DNA of 64,000 bases from positions 16,845 through 80,844 of the forward strand of contig CANQWX010000007.1 in NCBI GenBank assembly GCA_947627665.1, read 5' to 3'. The notes below the pieces were generated by a model, which did no database searches, had not been told where the DNA came from, and saw only the letters and a program-made list of their open reading frames with translations. Positions 29,792 through 38,720 of this stretch are shown in pieces. A program made the position numbers and the translations under genes. Numbering within the stretch: the stretch's first letter is position 1; the number at the start of each line of letters is the position of its first letter. Source of the stretch: an uncultured Clostridia bacterium (GTDB lineage Bacteria > Bacillota > Clostridia > Christensenellales > Borkfalkiaceae).

Positions 29792-30208
29792 ATGCCGTTT
29801 GCGACCGTGACGGGGACCGCGAAACCGCCCAAGGGAAAGGACCTCAAATATCTGCAACTTCTCGATTGCTACGGCGCTCTGCTCACCGAGAACAGGCGGG
29901 AGATCTGCGAGATGTACTATATGCTCGATCTGTCCCTTTCCGAGATCGCGGAGCAAAAGGGCGTGAGCCGCCAGGGCGTTTCCGAGGCGTTGAAGTCGAG
30001 CCGCGAACAGCTCGACTTTTACGAGGAAAAGCTCCGCCACAACGAGCAAAACCAAAAGTATTTGCTCGAAATTTCCCTGATGATGACGGAAGTCGTCAGC
30101 GCGCTCGATACATTCAAGCAATTCCATCCCGAATTTGCGCGGGATATGGACGAGATCATCGATATGGTCGTGGTCGGCGAAAAGATAGACCTCGGCACGG
30201 AGGAATAA
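29792..30208 (+). CDS. ylxM: YlxM/UPF0122 sigma-70 region-4-like DNA-binding protein
   Basis: YGALLTENRREICEMYYMLDLSLSEIAEQKGVSRQGVSEALKSSREQL matches the YlxM pattern. It lies immediately upstream of ffh. A GGAGGGG RBS is present. Confidence 0.8.
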   Translation: MPFATVTGTAKPPKGKDLKYLQLLDCYGALLTENRREICEMYYMLDLSLSEIAEQKGVSRQGVSEALKSSREQLDFYEEKLRHNEQNQKYLLEISLMMTEVVSALDTFKQFHPEFARDMDEIIDMVVVGEKIDLGTEE

Positions 30209-31528
30209 ATGGCGCTGTTTGCCTCGCTCTCCGAGCGGCTCAACCACATTTTCAGCAAGCTCACCAAGCGCGGAAAGCTCACCGAGCTTGAGATCCGTCA
30301 GGCCATGCGCGAGGTGCGCATCGCCCTGCTCGAGGCGGACGTCAATATCCGCGTTGCGAAGGACTTTATCGCAACCGTATCCGAAAAAGCGGTGGGGCAG
30401 CAGGTGCTCACCTCCCTCAATCCCGCGCAGCAGGTCATCAAGATCGTCAACGAGGAGCTTATCGCGCTCATGGGCGCGGGCAATTCCAAGCTCGAAGTAA
30501 GTCCCAAGCCGCCCACGGTCATCATGATGTGCGGCCTTCAGGGCGCGGGCAAGACGACGATGTGCGCCAAACTTGCCGTTCTCCTCAAAAAGCAGGGCAA
30601 AAAACCGTTGCTCGTCGCCTGCGACATCTACCGTCCCGCGGCGATCGACCAGCTCAAAGTGGTGGGCGGAAAGGCGGGCGCCGATGTGTTCGAAAAGGGC
30701 ACGCAGGCACCCCCCAAGACCGCGAAACAGGCGGTGGAATATGCAAACCGTATGGGATTTGACACCGTCATCATCGATACGGCGGGGCGGCTCCACATCG
30801 ACGAAAAGCTCATGCTCGAGCTGGAAGAGATCAAAAAAGAAGTAGCGGTGCACGAGATCCTGCTCACGGTGGACGCCATGACGGGTCAGGACGCCGTGAA
30901 CGTAGCGGAAACGTTCAACAGCCGTTTGGGGATCACGGGCGTGATCCTCACGAAGCTCGACGGTGACACGCGCGGCGGCGCATGCCTCTCCATCAAGGCG
31001 GTGACGGGCAAGCCCATCAAGTTCATCGGCGTAGGGGAGAAGATCACCGATTTAGAGCCTTTCTATCCCGACCGTATGGCGAGCCGTATCCTCGGCATGG
31101 GCGATGTGCTGTCCCTCATCGAGAAGGCGCAGGAGGCCGTTTCCGAGCAGCAGGCGAAGGAATTGGAGCGCAAGATGCGCGAAAATTCCTTTACCCTCAC
31201 CGATTATCTCTCCCAATTTGAAATGCTCAAAAAGATGGGCGGCGCAAATGCGCTCATGAGCATGCTTCCCGGCGCGGGCAAACTGAAAGTGAAAGAGGGC
31301 GACATCGACGAGCGGCGCATCGAACGGGTCAAGGCGATGATCCTCTCCATGACGCAAAGGGAGCGGGACAATCCGCAGATCATCAATTATTCGCGCAAAC
31401 AGCGTATCGCGGCGGGTTCGGGAACGACGATACAGGAAGTCAACCAGCTTTTGAAGCAGTTTGAACAGACCAAGGAGCTGATGAAGCGTATGAAGGGCGG
31501 AAAGGGCAAAATGCGGCTGCCGTTTTAG
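30209..31528 (+). CDS. ffh: Signal recognition particle protein Ffh
   Basis: GLQGAGKTT, DTAGRL and TKLDGDTRGG motifs are present, with a Met-rich M domain. Confidence 0.96.
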   Translation: MALFASLSERLNHIFSKLTKRGKLTELEIRQAMREVRIALLEADVNIRVAKDFIATVSEKAVGQQVLTSLNPAQQVIKIVNEELIALMGAGNSKLEVSPKPPTVIMMCGLQGAGKTTMCAKLAVLLKKQGKKPLLVACDIYRPAAIDQLKVVGGKAGADVFEKGTQAPPKTAKQAVEYANRMGFDTVIIDTAGRLHIDEKLMLELEEIKKEVAVHEILLTVDAMTGQDAVNVAETFNSRLGITGVILTKLDGDTRGGACLSIKAVTGKPIKFIGVGEKITDLEPFYPDRMASRILGMGDVLSLIEKAQEAVSEQQAKELERKMRENSFTLTDYLSQFEMLKKMGGANALMSMLPGAGKLKVKEGDIDERRIERVKAMILSMTQRERDNPQIINYSRKQRIAAGSGTTIQEVNQLLKQFEQTKELMKRMKGGKGKMRLPF

Positions 31529-31707
31529 AGGTTAGTTTCGCACAATTCTTTGCTCACTACGCTCGAAAAGAATTGTGCGAGGAAACCTTTCTCCTGCATC
31601 AACCGAGTTATCCTCTCATTCGCTCGGCTTTTACACTAAGCCGTAAGTGTGCGGCAAATTGTGTGCGCTTATGGAAAAGCGTGGTTTTCCAACGCGCAGG
31701 GGATCAT

Positions 31708-31799
31708 GTTCACGAAAGATCTTTTGCTTCGCAAAATCTTTTTCCGTGAAGAAACGTACGCTGGCGGTTTAACCTGTTTGTCCTCTCGTTCGTTTCATC
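31708..31799. repeat. 92 bp repeat upstream of rpsP (gttcacgaaaGatcttttgct.cgcaaaatctttttccgtga.gaaacg..cgctggcggtttaac...ctctcgttcgtttcatc)
   Basis: About 88% identical to 32156-32247. Its first 35 bp recur at 32385-32419. Confidence 0.85.
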
Positions 31800-31861
31800 A
31801 ACATTATTTTAGCACTGAATTAAAAAATAATTAACATATATCATATCGGAGGTAAACTACC

Positions 31862-32155
31862 ATGGTAAAAATGAGACTGGTGAGAATGGGCGACAAGAAG
31901 TCCCCCGTCTACCGCATTGTGGTCGTGGACGCGAGAAAGGCGGCGACCGGCGAGTACATCGACAAGGTCGGCTTCTACGATCCCAAGTCCAACCCCGTGA
32001 CCCTTACGGTGGACGTCGAAAAGGCGAAGGATTGGATCGCCAAGGGCGTACAGCCCACCGAAACGGTGAAATCGCTCCTCGTGCAGGCGGGCGCGCTCGA
32101 AAAACCCACAAAGCTCTCTCCTTCCAAGACCAAGGGAAAGAAAAAGAAGAAGTAA
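31862..32155 (+). CDS. rpsP: 30S ribosomal protein S16 with a Lys-rich C-terminal tail
   Basis: MVKMRLVRMGDKKSPVYRIVVVDARKAATGEYIDKVGFYDP is canonical S16. A GGAGG RBS is present. Confidence 0.96.
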   Translation: MVKMRLVRMGDKKSPVYRIVVVDARKAATGEYIDKVGFYDPKSNPVTLTVDVEKAKDWIAKGVQPTETVKSLLVQAGALEKPTKLSPSKTKGKKKKK

Positions 32156-32247
32156 GTTCACGAAAAATCTTTTGCTACGCAAAATCTTTTTCCGTGAGGA
32201 AACGGGCGCTGGCGGTTTAACTTAGTTGTTCTCTCGTTCGTTTCATC
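32156..32247. repeat. Second copy of the 92 bp repeat, starting one base after the rpsP stop codon
   Basis: Aligned by eye with 31708-31799. Confidence 0.85.
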
Positions 32248-32284
32248 GGACAAGAAGTTGCAAGAGTGCAACAAATGCGGTCGC

Positions 32285-32556
32285 CCTACGTCGCCTGCGG
32301 CTCGTGCCGCGCTTGGAGAAACAGAATGGCGCGCGGGGCGGCGGAAGTGAATTCCGCCTAAGGCAAGTTTTTATGTTCACGAAAAATCTTTTGCTACGCA
32401 AAATCTTTTTCCGTGAGGAGTGGTTTTTCAACGCGCAGGAGTGGGGAACGTGTAGCGCCATTCCTAAAATGTCATTTCGACGAAGCGAAGCGCATGGAGA
32501 AATCTCAACCGCATTCGTGCCGCGCTTGGAGAATATGAAATGCGCGGGGTGAAAGA
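32285..32556. repeat. Intergenic mosaic of repeat modules between rpsP and the KH-domain gene
   Basis: It contains cgtgccgcgcttggagaaacagaa..gcgcgcggggcg (32307), a third gttcacgaaaaatc... copy (32385), gtcatttcgacgaagcgaagcgcatggagaaatctc (32469), and a second cgtgccgcgcttggagaata... (32515). Confidence 0.8.
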
Positions 32557-32578
32557 CAATGAAAAAGGAGGTATTTTT

Positions 32579-32818
32579 ATGTTGGATTTGATCAAATATA
32601 TCGTGGAAACATTCGCTGAGGATAAGGAGCATATCTCCTACGAAGTGGAGGAAACGGACGACGCCATCAACGTCACCGTGCTTCTCTCCGATTCGGACAT
32701 GGGCAAGGTCATCGGCAAGCAGGGCAAGATCGCCAAGGCGCTGCGCACCCTCGTCCGCTGCAAGACCCCGCGGGACAGCAAAAAGTACAATATCGAGATC
32801 AAAGAACGGGAGGAATAA
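32579..32818 (+). CDS. KH-domain RNA-binding protein (YlqC/UPF0109 family)
   Basis: MLDLIKYIVE...DMGKVIGKQGKIAKALRTLV has the KH GxxG motif. It holds the conserved position after rpsP. An AAAGGAGG RBS is present. Confidence 0.88.
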   Translation: MLDLIKYIVETFAEDKEHISYEVEETDDAINVTVLLSDSDMGKVIGKQGKIAKALRTLVRCKTPRDSKKYNIEIKEREE

Positions 32819-32829
32819 GGCCTTCCGCA

Positions 32830-32871
32830 AAGGATCGCCGCGCGGGCAAATTGCCGCGCGGCGATCCTTTT
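32830..32871. terminator. Bidirectional terminator hairpin (aaaggatcgccgcgcggg-caaatt-gccgcgcggcgatcctttt)
   Basis: A long GC stem flanked by A- and T-runs lies between convergent genes. Confidence 0.7.
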
Positions 32872-34378
32872 ATGCTCTTTGTTTGCGCTTGGAGAAGAAG
32901 CGGGAGAGAAGCGCCCGCAGATCGAGCAGTTTCAGACAGGAGAACACGAGCAGTTCCAGCCCGCCGATGAGCAGGATCGTGAGCGCCAGCGCGGGGATAT
33001 AGCTGAGGTATGCGATGAAAAATTTCCGCGCAAGATATCCCGCGCCGATCACGGGCAGCACGGCGACCGCCAGCTTGAGGAAATATTTCCACGAGCCAAG
33101 TTTGCCCGTCTTTTTCCGCAAGAGCAGGAGCGCGGCAGCCGCGGAGATCGTATAATCGCAAGCCATGCCCACACAGAGCGCGCCGCTGCCCAAATATTGC
33201 GGCAGGACCCACACGCAGACGAGCATCGCCGCCGCGCCGCATAAGAAGAAGAGCAGGGTGTACTTTTCGCAGCCCATGGAATTGAGAATGGAAGTCGTGA
33301 TCATGGTGAGGCTCATGGGAAGGAGGATGACGGCGCAGCCCGAGATCAGCCGTCCGCTCTGCGCGCTCGCATAGAGCATCGCGCCCACGTCCCCGCCGCA
33401 GACCACAAAGAAGGGAATGAGCATGCCCGCGATGAGGAGCGTCGCGTTGAGCGCCCGCTCCACAAGCCCCGAGAGCTTTTCTTTCTGCCCCTTGTAGAAG
33501 CATTCCGAAAGCTCGGGGACAAGCACGAGCGCGATGGAGCCGATGAGGGTGGAGGGGATCATGAGCACGGGCATCACCATGCCGTATACGACGCCGTATT
33601 CGCTCATCGCCTTGGAAGAGGAAACTCCCGCCGCCATGAGCCGCATGGGGAAGAGCACGGAGATAAAAGAATTGACGAGAGAGGAGGAGGTGCGCATCGC
33701 GGTCACGGGCAGCGAGGACTTGATGAGGGGGAGGAATTCCCCGCGCGGAGAGCGCAATTTGCCGCCCCGTATCAAGAAATAGCCGAGCGCGATCGCAAAC
33801 GAGCAAAGGTAGGAGATGAGGACAGCAAGCGCCGCAAGTTTGACGTCCGCAATGTCCGTCCGCAACAGAAGAAGCAGGAACACGCCCACCGCGATCATCA
33901 CGATCTCCTCGATGAGTTCCACAAGGGAATAGGCAAGAAAGCGCTTGTTTCCCCAAAAACAGCCGCGCAGAATGGCGTACACCGAGGTGAAAGAAAGCCC
34001 GATGATGAGGATATAGAAGAGATCGGCGCAGCGGGAGTCGGTAAATACGCGCGAAAACGGCTCTTTCAAGAGGAAGAGCAGAAGGGTGATGGGAACGCTC
34101 ACGGCGAGGGTGAGCACGATCGCCGCGCTCGTCGCCGCCTGTTCGCCGCGGCGGCTCCCCCGCGCGCGGTGCTTGCTGATGATGCGGGAAAGAGTGATGG
34201 GCAGCCCGCTGGACGTCGCCGTCAAAAAGACGGCGAATACGGTGAGCGAAACTTGGTAAACGCCAAGTCCCTCCGGCCCCAAAATGCGGGAGAGAATGAT
34301 GCGGTAGAGGAAGCCGAGGCAGTGTTCGAGGGCGGAAAAGATCGTCACCACCGCGGCGGTTCGGTACAGATTTTGCAT
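32870..34378 (-). CDS. MOP-superfamily flippase (SpoVB / MurJ-like polysaccharide or lipid II flippase)
   Basis: 502 aa with about 14 TM segments. The N-terminus ...LGFLYRIILSRILGPEGLGVYQVSLTVF is typical of SpoVB/MurJ-type proteins. Confidence 0.7.
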   Translation of the reverse strand: MQNLYRTAAVVTIFSALEHCLGFLYRIILSRILGPEGLGVYQVSLTVFAVFLTATSSGLPITLSRIISKHRARGSRRGEQAATSAAIVLTLAVSVPITLLLFLLKEPFSRVFTDSRCADLFYILIIGLSFTSVYAILRGCFWGNKRFLAYSLVELIEEIVMIAVGVFLLLLLRTDIADVKLAALAVLISYLCSFAIALGYFLIRGGKLRSPRGEFLPLIKSSLPVTAMRTSSSLVNSFISVLFPMRLMAAGVSSSKAMSEYGVVYGMVMPVLMIPSTLIGSIALVLVPELSECFYKGQKEKLSGLVERALNATLLIAGMLIPFFVVCGGDVGAMLYASAQSGRLISGCAVILLPMSLTMITTSILNSMGCEKYTLLFFLCGAAAMLVCVWVLPQYLGSGALCVGMACDYTISAAAALLLLRKKTGKLGSWKYFLKLAVAVLPVIGAGYLARKFFIAYLSYIPALALTILLIGGLELLVFSCLKLLDLRALLSRFFSKRKQRA

Positions 34379-34434
34379 ACGCTATTTTATTTGCGCGGGA
34401 ACATTTTTATGAACGCGACGCATACAATAGAGGC

Positions 34435-34719
34435 ATGAAACTCGAAACGGAGCAAAAAACGTACTACCGTTTGAAGAAAGGGCAAACGCTTTCGGACGTG
34501 GCGCAGTTTTTCGGCGTGCCGCCGCGGGTGCTTGCCGCGCTGAACAATTTGGGCGAAGAGCCGCAGGAGGGAAGGGTGTTGCAGATCCCCGAAGAGCGGA
34601 GAAATTTGTACACCGTGCGCGGAGGAGAGAGCAAGGCGCTCTTGTGCGGCTCGGACGAAACGTTTGAAGAACGCAACAGGACGAAATGCCTCTATATCGG
34701 GCAGACCGTTTGGCTTTGA
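34435..34719 (+). CDS. Small LysM-domain protein
   Basis: YYRLKKGQTLSDVAQFFGVPPRVLAALNNL is a LysM motif, and a second degenerate LysM-like half follows. An AGAGG RBS is present. Confidence 0.7.
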   Translation: MKLETEQKTYYRLKKGQTLSDVAQFFGVPPRVLAALNNLGEEPQEGRVLQIPEERRNLYTVRGGESKALLCGSDETFEERNRTKCLYIGQTVWL

Positions 34720-34850
34720 TCTGAAATGCGCCGCGCCCGCAGCCAAGGGCTGCGGGCGCGGCAAAGCCCCGTTCCGCTCTCCCTTGTCCCGCCCGCGGAA
34801 GCGTCGCTTCCGCGGGCGGGACAAGCTTTTGAAAAAATTTCGCCGAAATC

Positions 34851-35030
34851 TTGCTTTTTCCCCCGAGATATGCTAAACTGTAAGCGTCGTACAATTATAT
34901 ATTTCTGCATATAGTACAACAGGCATCGTTGTATCCTTTTTCCTATGTGCGGATAATTGTACGACAAACCAATTACGGGATACTTGTATGCGGGCATTCC
35001 GTGATCGGAATGTCCTTATTTTTTTGCCCG
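34851..35030 (+). promoter_or_regulatory. AT-rich leader upstream of the collagen-like LRR gene, carrying a promoter, a large hairpin and an intrinsic terminator
   Basis: Promoter TTGCTT-17 bp-(TGc)TAAACT lies at 34851-34879. A large hairpin has 13 bp arms GTCGTACAATTAT / ATAATTGTACGAC (34886-34898 / 34953-34965). An intrinsic terminator (9 bp stem plus T-run) lies at 34992-35025, 30 nt before the start codon. All elements were read directly; the class is unknown. Confidence 0.45.
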
Positions 35031-35055
35031 TAAAACGAAACAAGGGAGAAATAAT

Positions 35056-36537
35056 ATGAAAAAGCGCAAATTTTTGGTCATCCTTTTGACGATCGCAACG
35101 GCTCTTTGCATGGCGTTTGGCCTTTCGGCATGCGGGGAAAAGGAACCTGAAAGAGAGCAGTCCGACCTTTGGTCCATGGAGCGCGTGTACGCCTCGGCGC
35201 AGGAACTCGGCTTCCAAGGAACGCTTGAGGAACTCATCGCTATGTTCAAAGGCGAAAAAGGAGATACGGGCGCGCAAGGTCCCCAAGGTGAAAAGGGCGA
35301 GAAAGGTGACACGGGCGCGCAAGGTCCCCAAGGTGAAAAGGGCGAGAAAGGTGACACGGGCGCGCAAGGTCCCCAAGGTGAAAAGGGCGAGAAAGGTGAC
35401 ACGGGTGCGCAAGGTCCCCAAGGCGAAAAGGGCGAGGAAGGCGACACGGGCGCTCCCGGGAAGGACGGTGCCGACGGCGCAAACGGGAAAGATGGGATCG
35501 GCATTCGATCGATGGAAGTAGACGAGAACGGTCATTTGATCGTCACTCTGACGGACGGTACCGAGATCGACTTGGGCAAGATCACGGCGGACGCCATTTC
35601 CGAAGAAGGCACCGAGGGGCTGCAATACCAAAAGCGCAGGGATGAAGAGGGGAACGATTACGCCGCCGTTGCCGGCCTCGGCACGGCTTGGGATAGCGAT
35701 ATCGTTATTCCCGCAGAGTATCGCGGTCTGCCCGTGAAAGAGATCGGCACAAGCGCTTTTTCGGCCAATCACGATGAGCGCAATGCCCATTTAACAAGTA
35801 TCTCCATTCCGAACAGCGTAACCAAGATCGGAAGTTCTGCATTCGCGGGTTGTAGCGGGTTGACTTCGGTCGACATCCCCGACAGCGTGAACTCGATTGG
35901 AAATTCTGCATTCGCGGGTTGTAGCGGGTTGACTTCGGTCGACATCCCCGACAATGTGACCACGATCGGCGATTTGGCGTTCAATGGTTGTAGTGGGTTG
36001 ACTTCGGTCGACATCCCCGACAGCGTGATCTCGATCGGATATTCTGCATTCAATGGTTGCACCATGCTCGCTTCGGCAATGATCGGAAGCGGTAAGATCG
36101 GAGATTCTGCATTCGCGGGCTGCACAAAACTTACGCAGGTCACGGTCGGCAGCGGCGTGACCGAGATCGGATACTATGCATTTATAGGATGTTATCAGCT
36201 CGTAGAAGTTTGGGACTTTTCGGAGCTGCAAATCACGGTGGGTTCCGATAAAAACGGATATATAGGCATATACGCAAAACAAGTTTACAAAACAAACGCA
36301 AGCAGCAAACAGACAAAAACAGATGACGGATATCTCTTCTATGAGGACGGTGCAGCAAGCTTTTTGCTTGAGTATATCGGCGCATCGACCGAACTTTCTC
36401 TGCCCACAAATTCCCCTCACGGGAAAGACTATATGATCAATACTTATGCTTTTATGAAAGAAGGGCTGACTTCTGTCACGATTCCCGACAGCGTGACTGA
36501 GATCGGATATGGAGCGTTCTATGGTTGTAGTGGGTGA
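35056..36537 (+). CDS. Surface lipoprotein with a collagen-like G-X-Y tract and BspA-type leucine-rich repeats (N-terminal portion, truncated by an apparent frameshift)
   Basis: Lipobox MAFGLSAC. It has 28 consecutive G-X-Y triplets, followed by repeated IPxSVxxIGxxAFxGCSGLTSV LRR units. It ends in ...YGCSG* exactly where other units continue LTSV. Confidence 0.8.
   Translation: MKKRKFLVILLTIATALCMAFGLSACGEKEPEREQSDLWSMERVYASAQELGFQGTLEELIAMFKGEKGDTGAQGPQGEKGEKGDTGAQGPQGEKGEKGDTGAQGPQGEKGEKGDTGAQGPQGEKGEEGDTGAPGKDGADGANGKDGIGIRSMEVDENGHLIVTLTDGTEIDLGKITADAISEEGTEGLQYQKRRDEEGNDYAAVAGLGTAWDSDIVIPAEYRGLPVKEIGTSAFSANHDERNAHLTSISIPNSVTKIGSSAFAGCSGLTSVDIPDSVNSIGNSAFAGCSGLTSVDIPDNVTTIGDLAFNGCSGLTSVDIPDSVISIGYSAFNGCTMLASAMIGSGKIGDSAFAGCTKLTQVTVGSGVTEIGYYAFIGCYQLVEVWDFSELQITVGSDKNGYIGIYAKQVYKTNASSKQTKTDDGYLFYEDGAASFLLEYIGASTELSLPTNSPHGKDYMINTYAFMKEGLTSVTIPDSVTEIGYGAFYGCSG
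35251..35502 (+). repeat. Collagen-like coding repeat (45 bp unit, about 4 near-identical copies plus degenerate copies; 28 G-X-Y triplets)
   Basis: ggcgagaaaggtgacacgggcgcgcaaggtccccaaggtgaaaag repeats at 35296, 35341 and 35386. Confidence 0.9.
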
Positions 36538-37205
36538 CTTCGGTCACGATCGGCAGCGGCGTGACTGAGATCAAGGATTTAGCATTTGCAAATTGCGGCG
36601 CGATCGAGAAATTTACGGTAGAAAAAGCAAATCGAAATTACAGCAGTCAAAGTGGGGTCTTGTATCAAAAGGGAGAAATATTTTATGTCCCCCAAAAGAT
36701 CAAGGGGGCCGTGGCGATCCCCGACAGTGTGACCGAGATCCCGGATTACACGTTCCGAGGGTGCAGCGCGATCACAAGTGTTACCTTCGGCGGGAATAGC
36801 GAGCTTACCTTGATCGGAAATTGGGCGTTCCTGGGGTGCAGCGGGCTTACCTCGATCGTCATCCCGCGCAATGTGACTAAGATCGGAGATTACGCATTCG
36901 ACGGTTGCGGCGAGCTTTCAAGTGTTACGTTCGAAAGAGAAAGCAAACTGTCCTTGATCGGAAATTGGGCGTTCCGCGGTTGCAAGTTTACCTCGATCGT
37001 CATCCCGCGAAGCGTGACCATCGTAGCGGTCGGGGTGTTCGACGGTTGCGAGCAGCTCCAATATGTGTATTTTGAAAATAAGAGCGGGTGGCGTTCCGAC
37101 GCGCCCGGCGTGTACGGTCCCGTATCTTGGACCGCAGACGCAGCTGCCGCCGCAAGTTATCTGAGATCGACGCCTTATAATCAAGGAACTCTCTATCACG
37201 ACTGA
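36534..37205 (+). pseudogene. Frame-shifted continuation of the collagen-like LRR lipoprotein gene (C-terminal LRR portion)
   Basis: It begins (M)TSVTIGSGVTEI, which continues the interrupted LRR unit. The DNA reads gtagtgggTgacttcggtc, where paralogous units read gtagtgggTTgacttcggtc. No RBS is present. Confidence 0.7.
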
Positions 37206-37302
37206 CCGTGCCCTCTCCCATTTGTCATTGCCCCGCAACATGACATTTAAGAACAGCGCGCACTGATTTTATTTGTCATTTTGACCGAAGCCGCACATTC
37301 TT

Positions 37303-37457
37303 TTTTCGTCATTTCGAGCGGAACGAAGTGAAGTCGAGAAATCTCAACCCTTATTGCCCTCTCCGTGGGAGAGGGGTAGGGGTGTGGGGCGCTTGCTGTC
37401 CCTGAAAGGGAAAGTGGCGAACGCAGTGAGCCGAAAGGGTTTTCGAGAACCCCTCAG
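37303..37457. repeat. 155 bp composite repeat (left copy) upstream of the LRR gene
   Basis: ttttcgtcatttcgagcggaacgaagtgaagtcgagaaatctcaaccc...ccctctccgtgggagaggggtaggggtgtggggcg...gaacccctcag is nearly identical to 38721-38874. Confidence 0.9.
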
Positions 37458-37626
37458 GCTCGGTTAACGCCTCGCCAGCTCCCCTGCAAGGGGCGCCAAG
37501 TGCGGTAGAGATTCCTACTTCGTCGCTACGCTCCTCGTACCGTGCTTAGAGAATCAGAACTTCGCGCGGGGCGAAATGACAAAAAAACAATTGATCGGTA
37601 AAAAATAAAAAAGGAGATAGAAACTT

Positions 37627-38676
37627 ATGAAGCACAAATTTTTGGTCATCCTTTTAGCGATCGTAGCAACGCTTTGCATGTCGTTTGGCCTTTCGGCATG
37701 CGGGGGTACTTGTCTTGATTTTACATTGAGCGAAGATGGCACGGCGTATACTGTGACCGGTGTCGGCAAATGCAAAGATAAAAACCTTGTCATTCCGTCA
37801 CAACACAAAGGGAAACCCGTGACCTCGATCGGAGATCGGGCGTTTGACAGATGTAGCTGGTTGACTTCAATCACCATTCCCGACGAGGTGACCGAGATCG
37901 GAGATTATGCGTTCTTTTGTTGTAGCGGACTTACTTCAATCGATATTCCGGATAGCGTGACCGAAATCGGAGATTACGCGTTCACGGATTGTAGCGGGTT
38001 GGCTTCGGTCACGATCGGTGGCGGTGTGACCTCGATCGGAAGTTCTGCGTTCGCTGGTTGCAGTGGGTTGACTTCGGTCACCATTCCCGACAGCGTGGCC
38101 TCGATCGGGGAGTTTGCGTTCGCGTATTGTTACGGGTTGACGTCGATCACAATTCCCGACAGCGTGACCTCGATCGGCAAAGGGATGGTCTATGACTGTA
38201 GCAATTTGAAAGAAGTGCATATTTCCGATCTTGAAGCGTGGTGTGAGATCGAATTTGAAGGGTGGCTTTGTAATCAAAACTATTATTTTTTATATCTGAA
38301 TGGAGAGAAAATCACAGCATTGGAAATTCCCGACAGCGTGACCACGATCGGAGAGTGGGCGTTCGCGGGTTGTAGCGGGTTGACTTCGGTTACCATCGGT
38401 AACGGCGTGACCTCGATCGGAGAGTCGGCCTTCGCGTATTGTGGCTGGCTGACTTCGGTCACGATCGGCAGTGGCGTGACCGAGATCGGAGAGTATGCGT
38501 TCGGGGATTGCTATGCCTTGGAAGAAGTGTATTTCAAAAACCCGAACGGGTGGAAAGTGTCGGAGCATGAGAATATGTCAGACGCAGAAGCCGTTTCGGG
38601 ACTGGAAGATCCCGCAAAAGCCGCAAAATATTTGACGGATACTTATCCCTATTATGATTGGAAGCGGGAAGGGTAA
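37627..38676 (+). CDS. BspA-type leucine-rich-repeat surface lipoprotein
   Basis: Lipobox MSFGLSACGG. It has about 10 units of IPDSVTxIGxxAFxxCSGLTSVTI. An AAGGAGA RBS is present. Confidence 0.8.
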   Translation: MKHKFLVILLAIVATLCMSFGLSACGGTCLDFTLSEDGTAYTVTGVGKCKDKNLVIPSQHKGKPVTSIGDRAFDRCSWLTSITIPDEVTEIGDYAFFCCSGLTSIDIPDSVTEIGDYAFTDCSGLASVTIGGGVTSIGSSAFAGCSGLTSVTIPDSVASIGEFAFAYCYGLTSITIPDSVTSIGKGMVYDCSNLKEVHISDLEAWCEIEFEGWLCNQNYYFLYLNGEKITALEIPDSVTTIGEWAFAGCSGLTSVTIGNGVTSIGESAFAYCGWLTSVTIGSGVTEIGEYAFGDCYALEEVYFKNPNGWKVSEHENMSDAEAVSGLEDPAKAAKYLTDTYPYYDWKREG

Positions 38677-38720
38677 AGCTTGCCCACCCCCTGAATCCCC
38701 CTCCGCAGGAGGGGGTACCC

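Noticed and set aside
34940-34956. DnaA-box-like sequence atgtgcggataattg (TGTG-c-GGATAA)
   Set aside because: It contains an extra base relative to the 9-mer consensus and is a single occurrence. It is better explained as part of the right arm and loop of the leader hairpin at 34886-34965.
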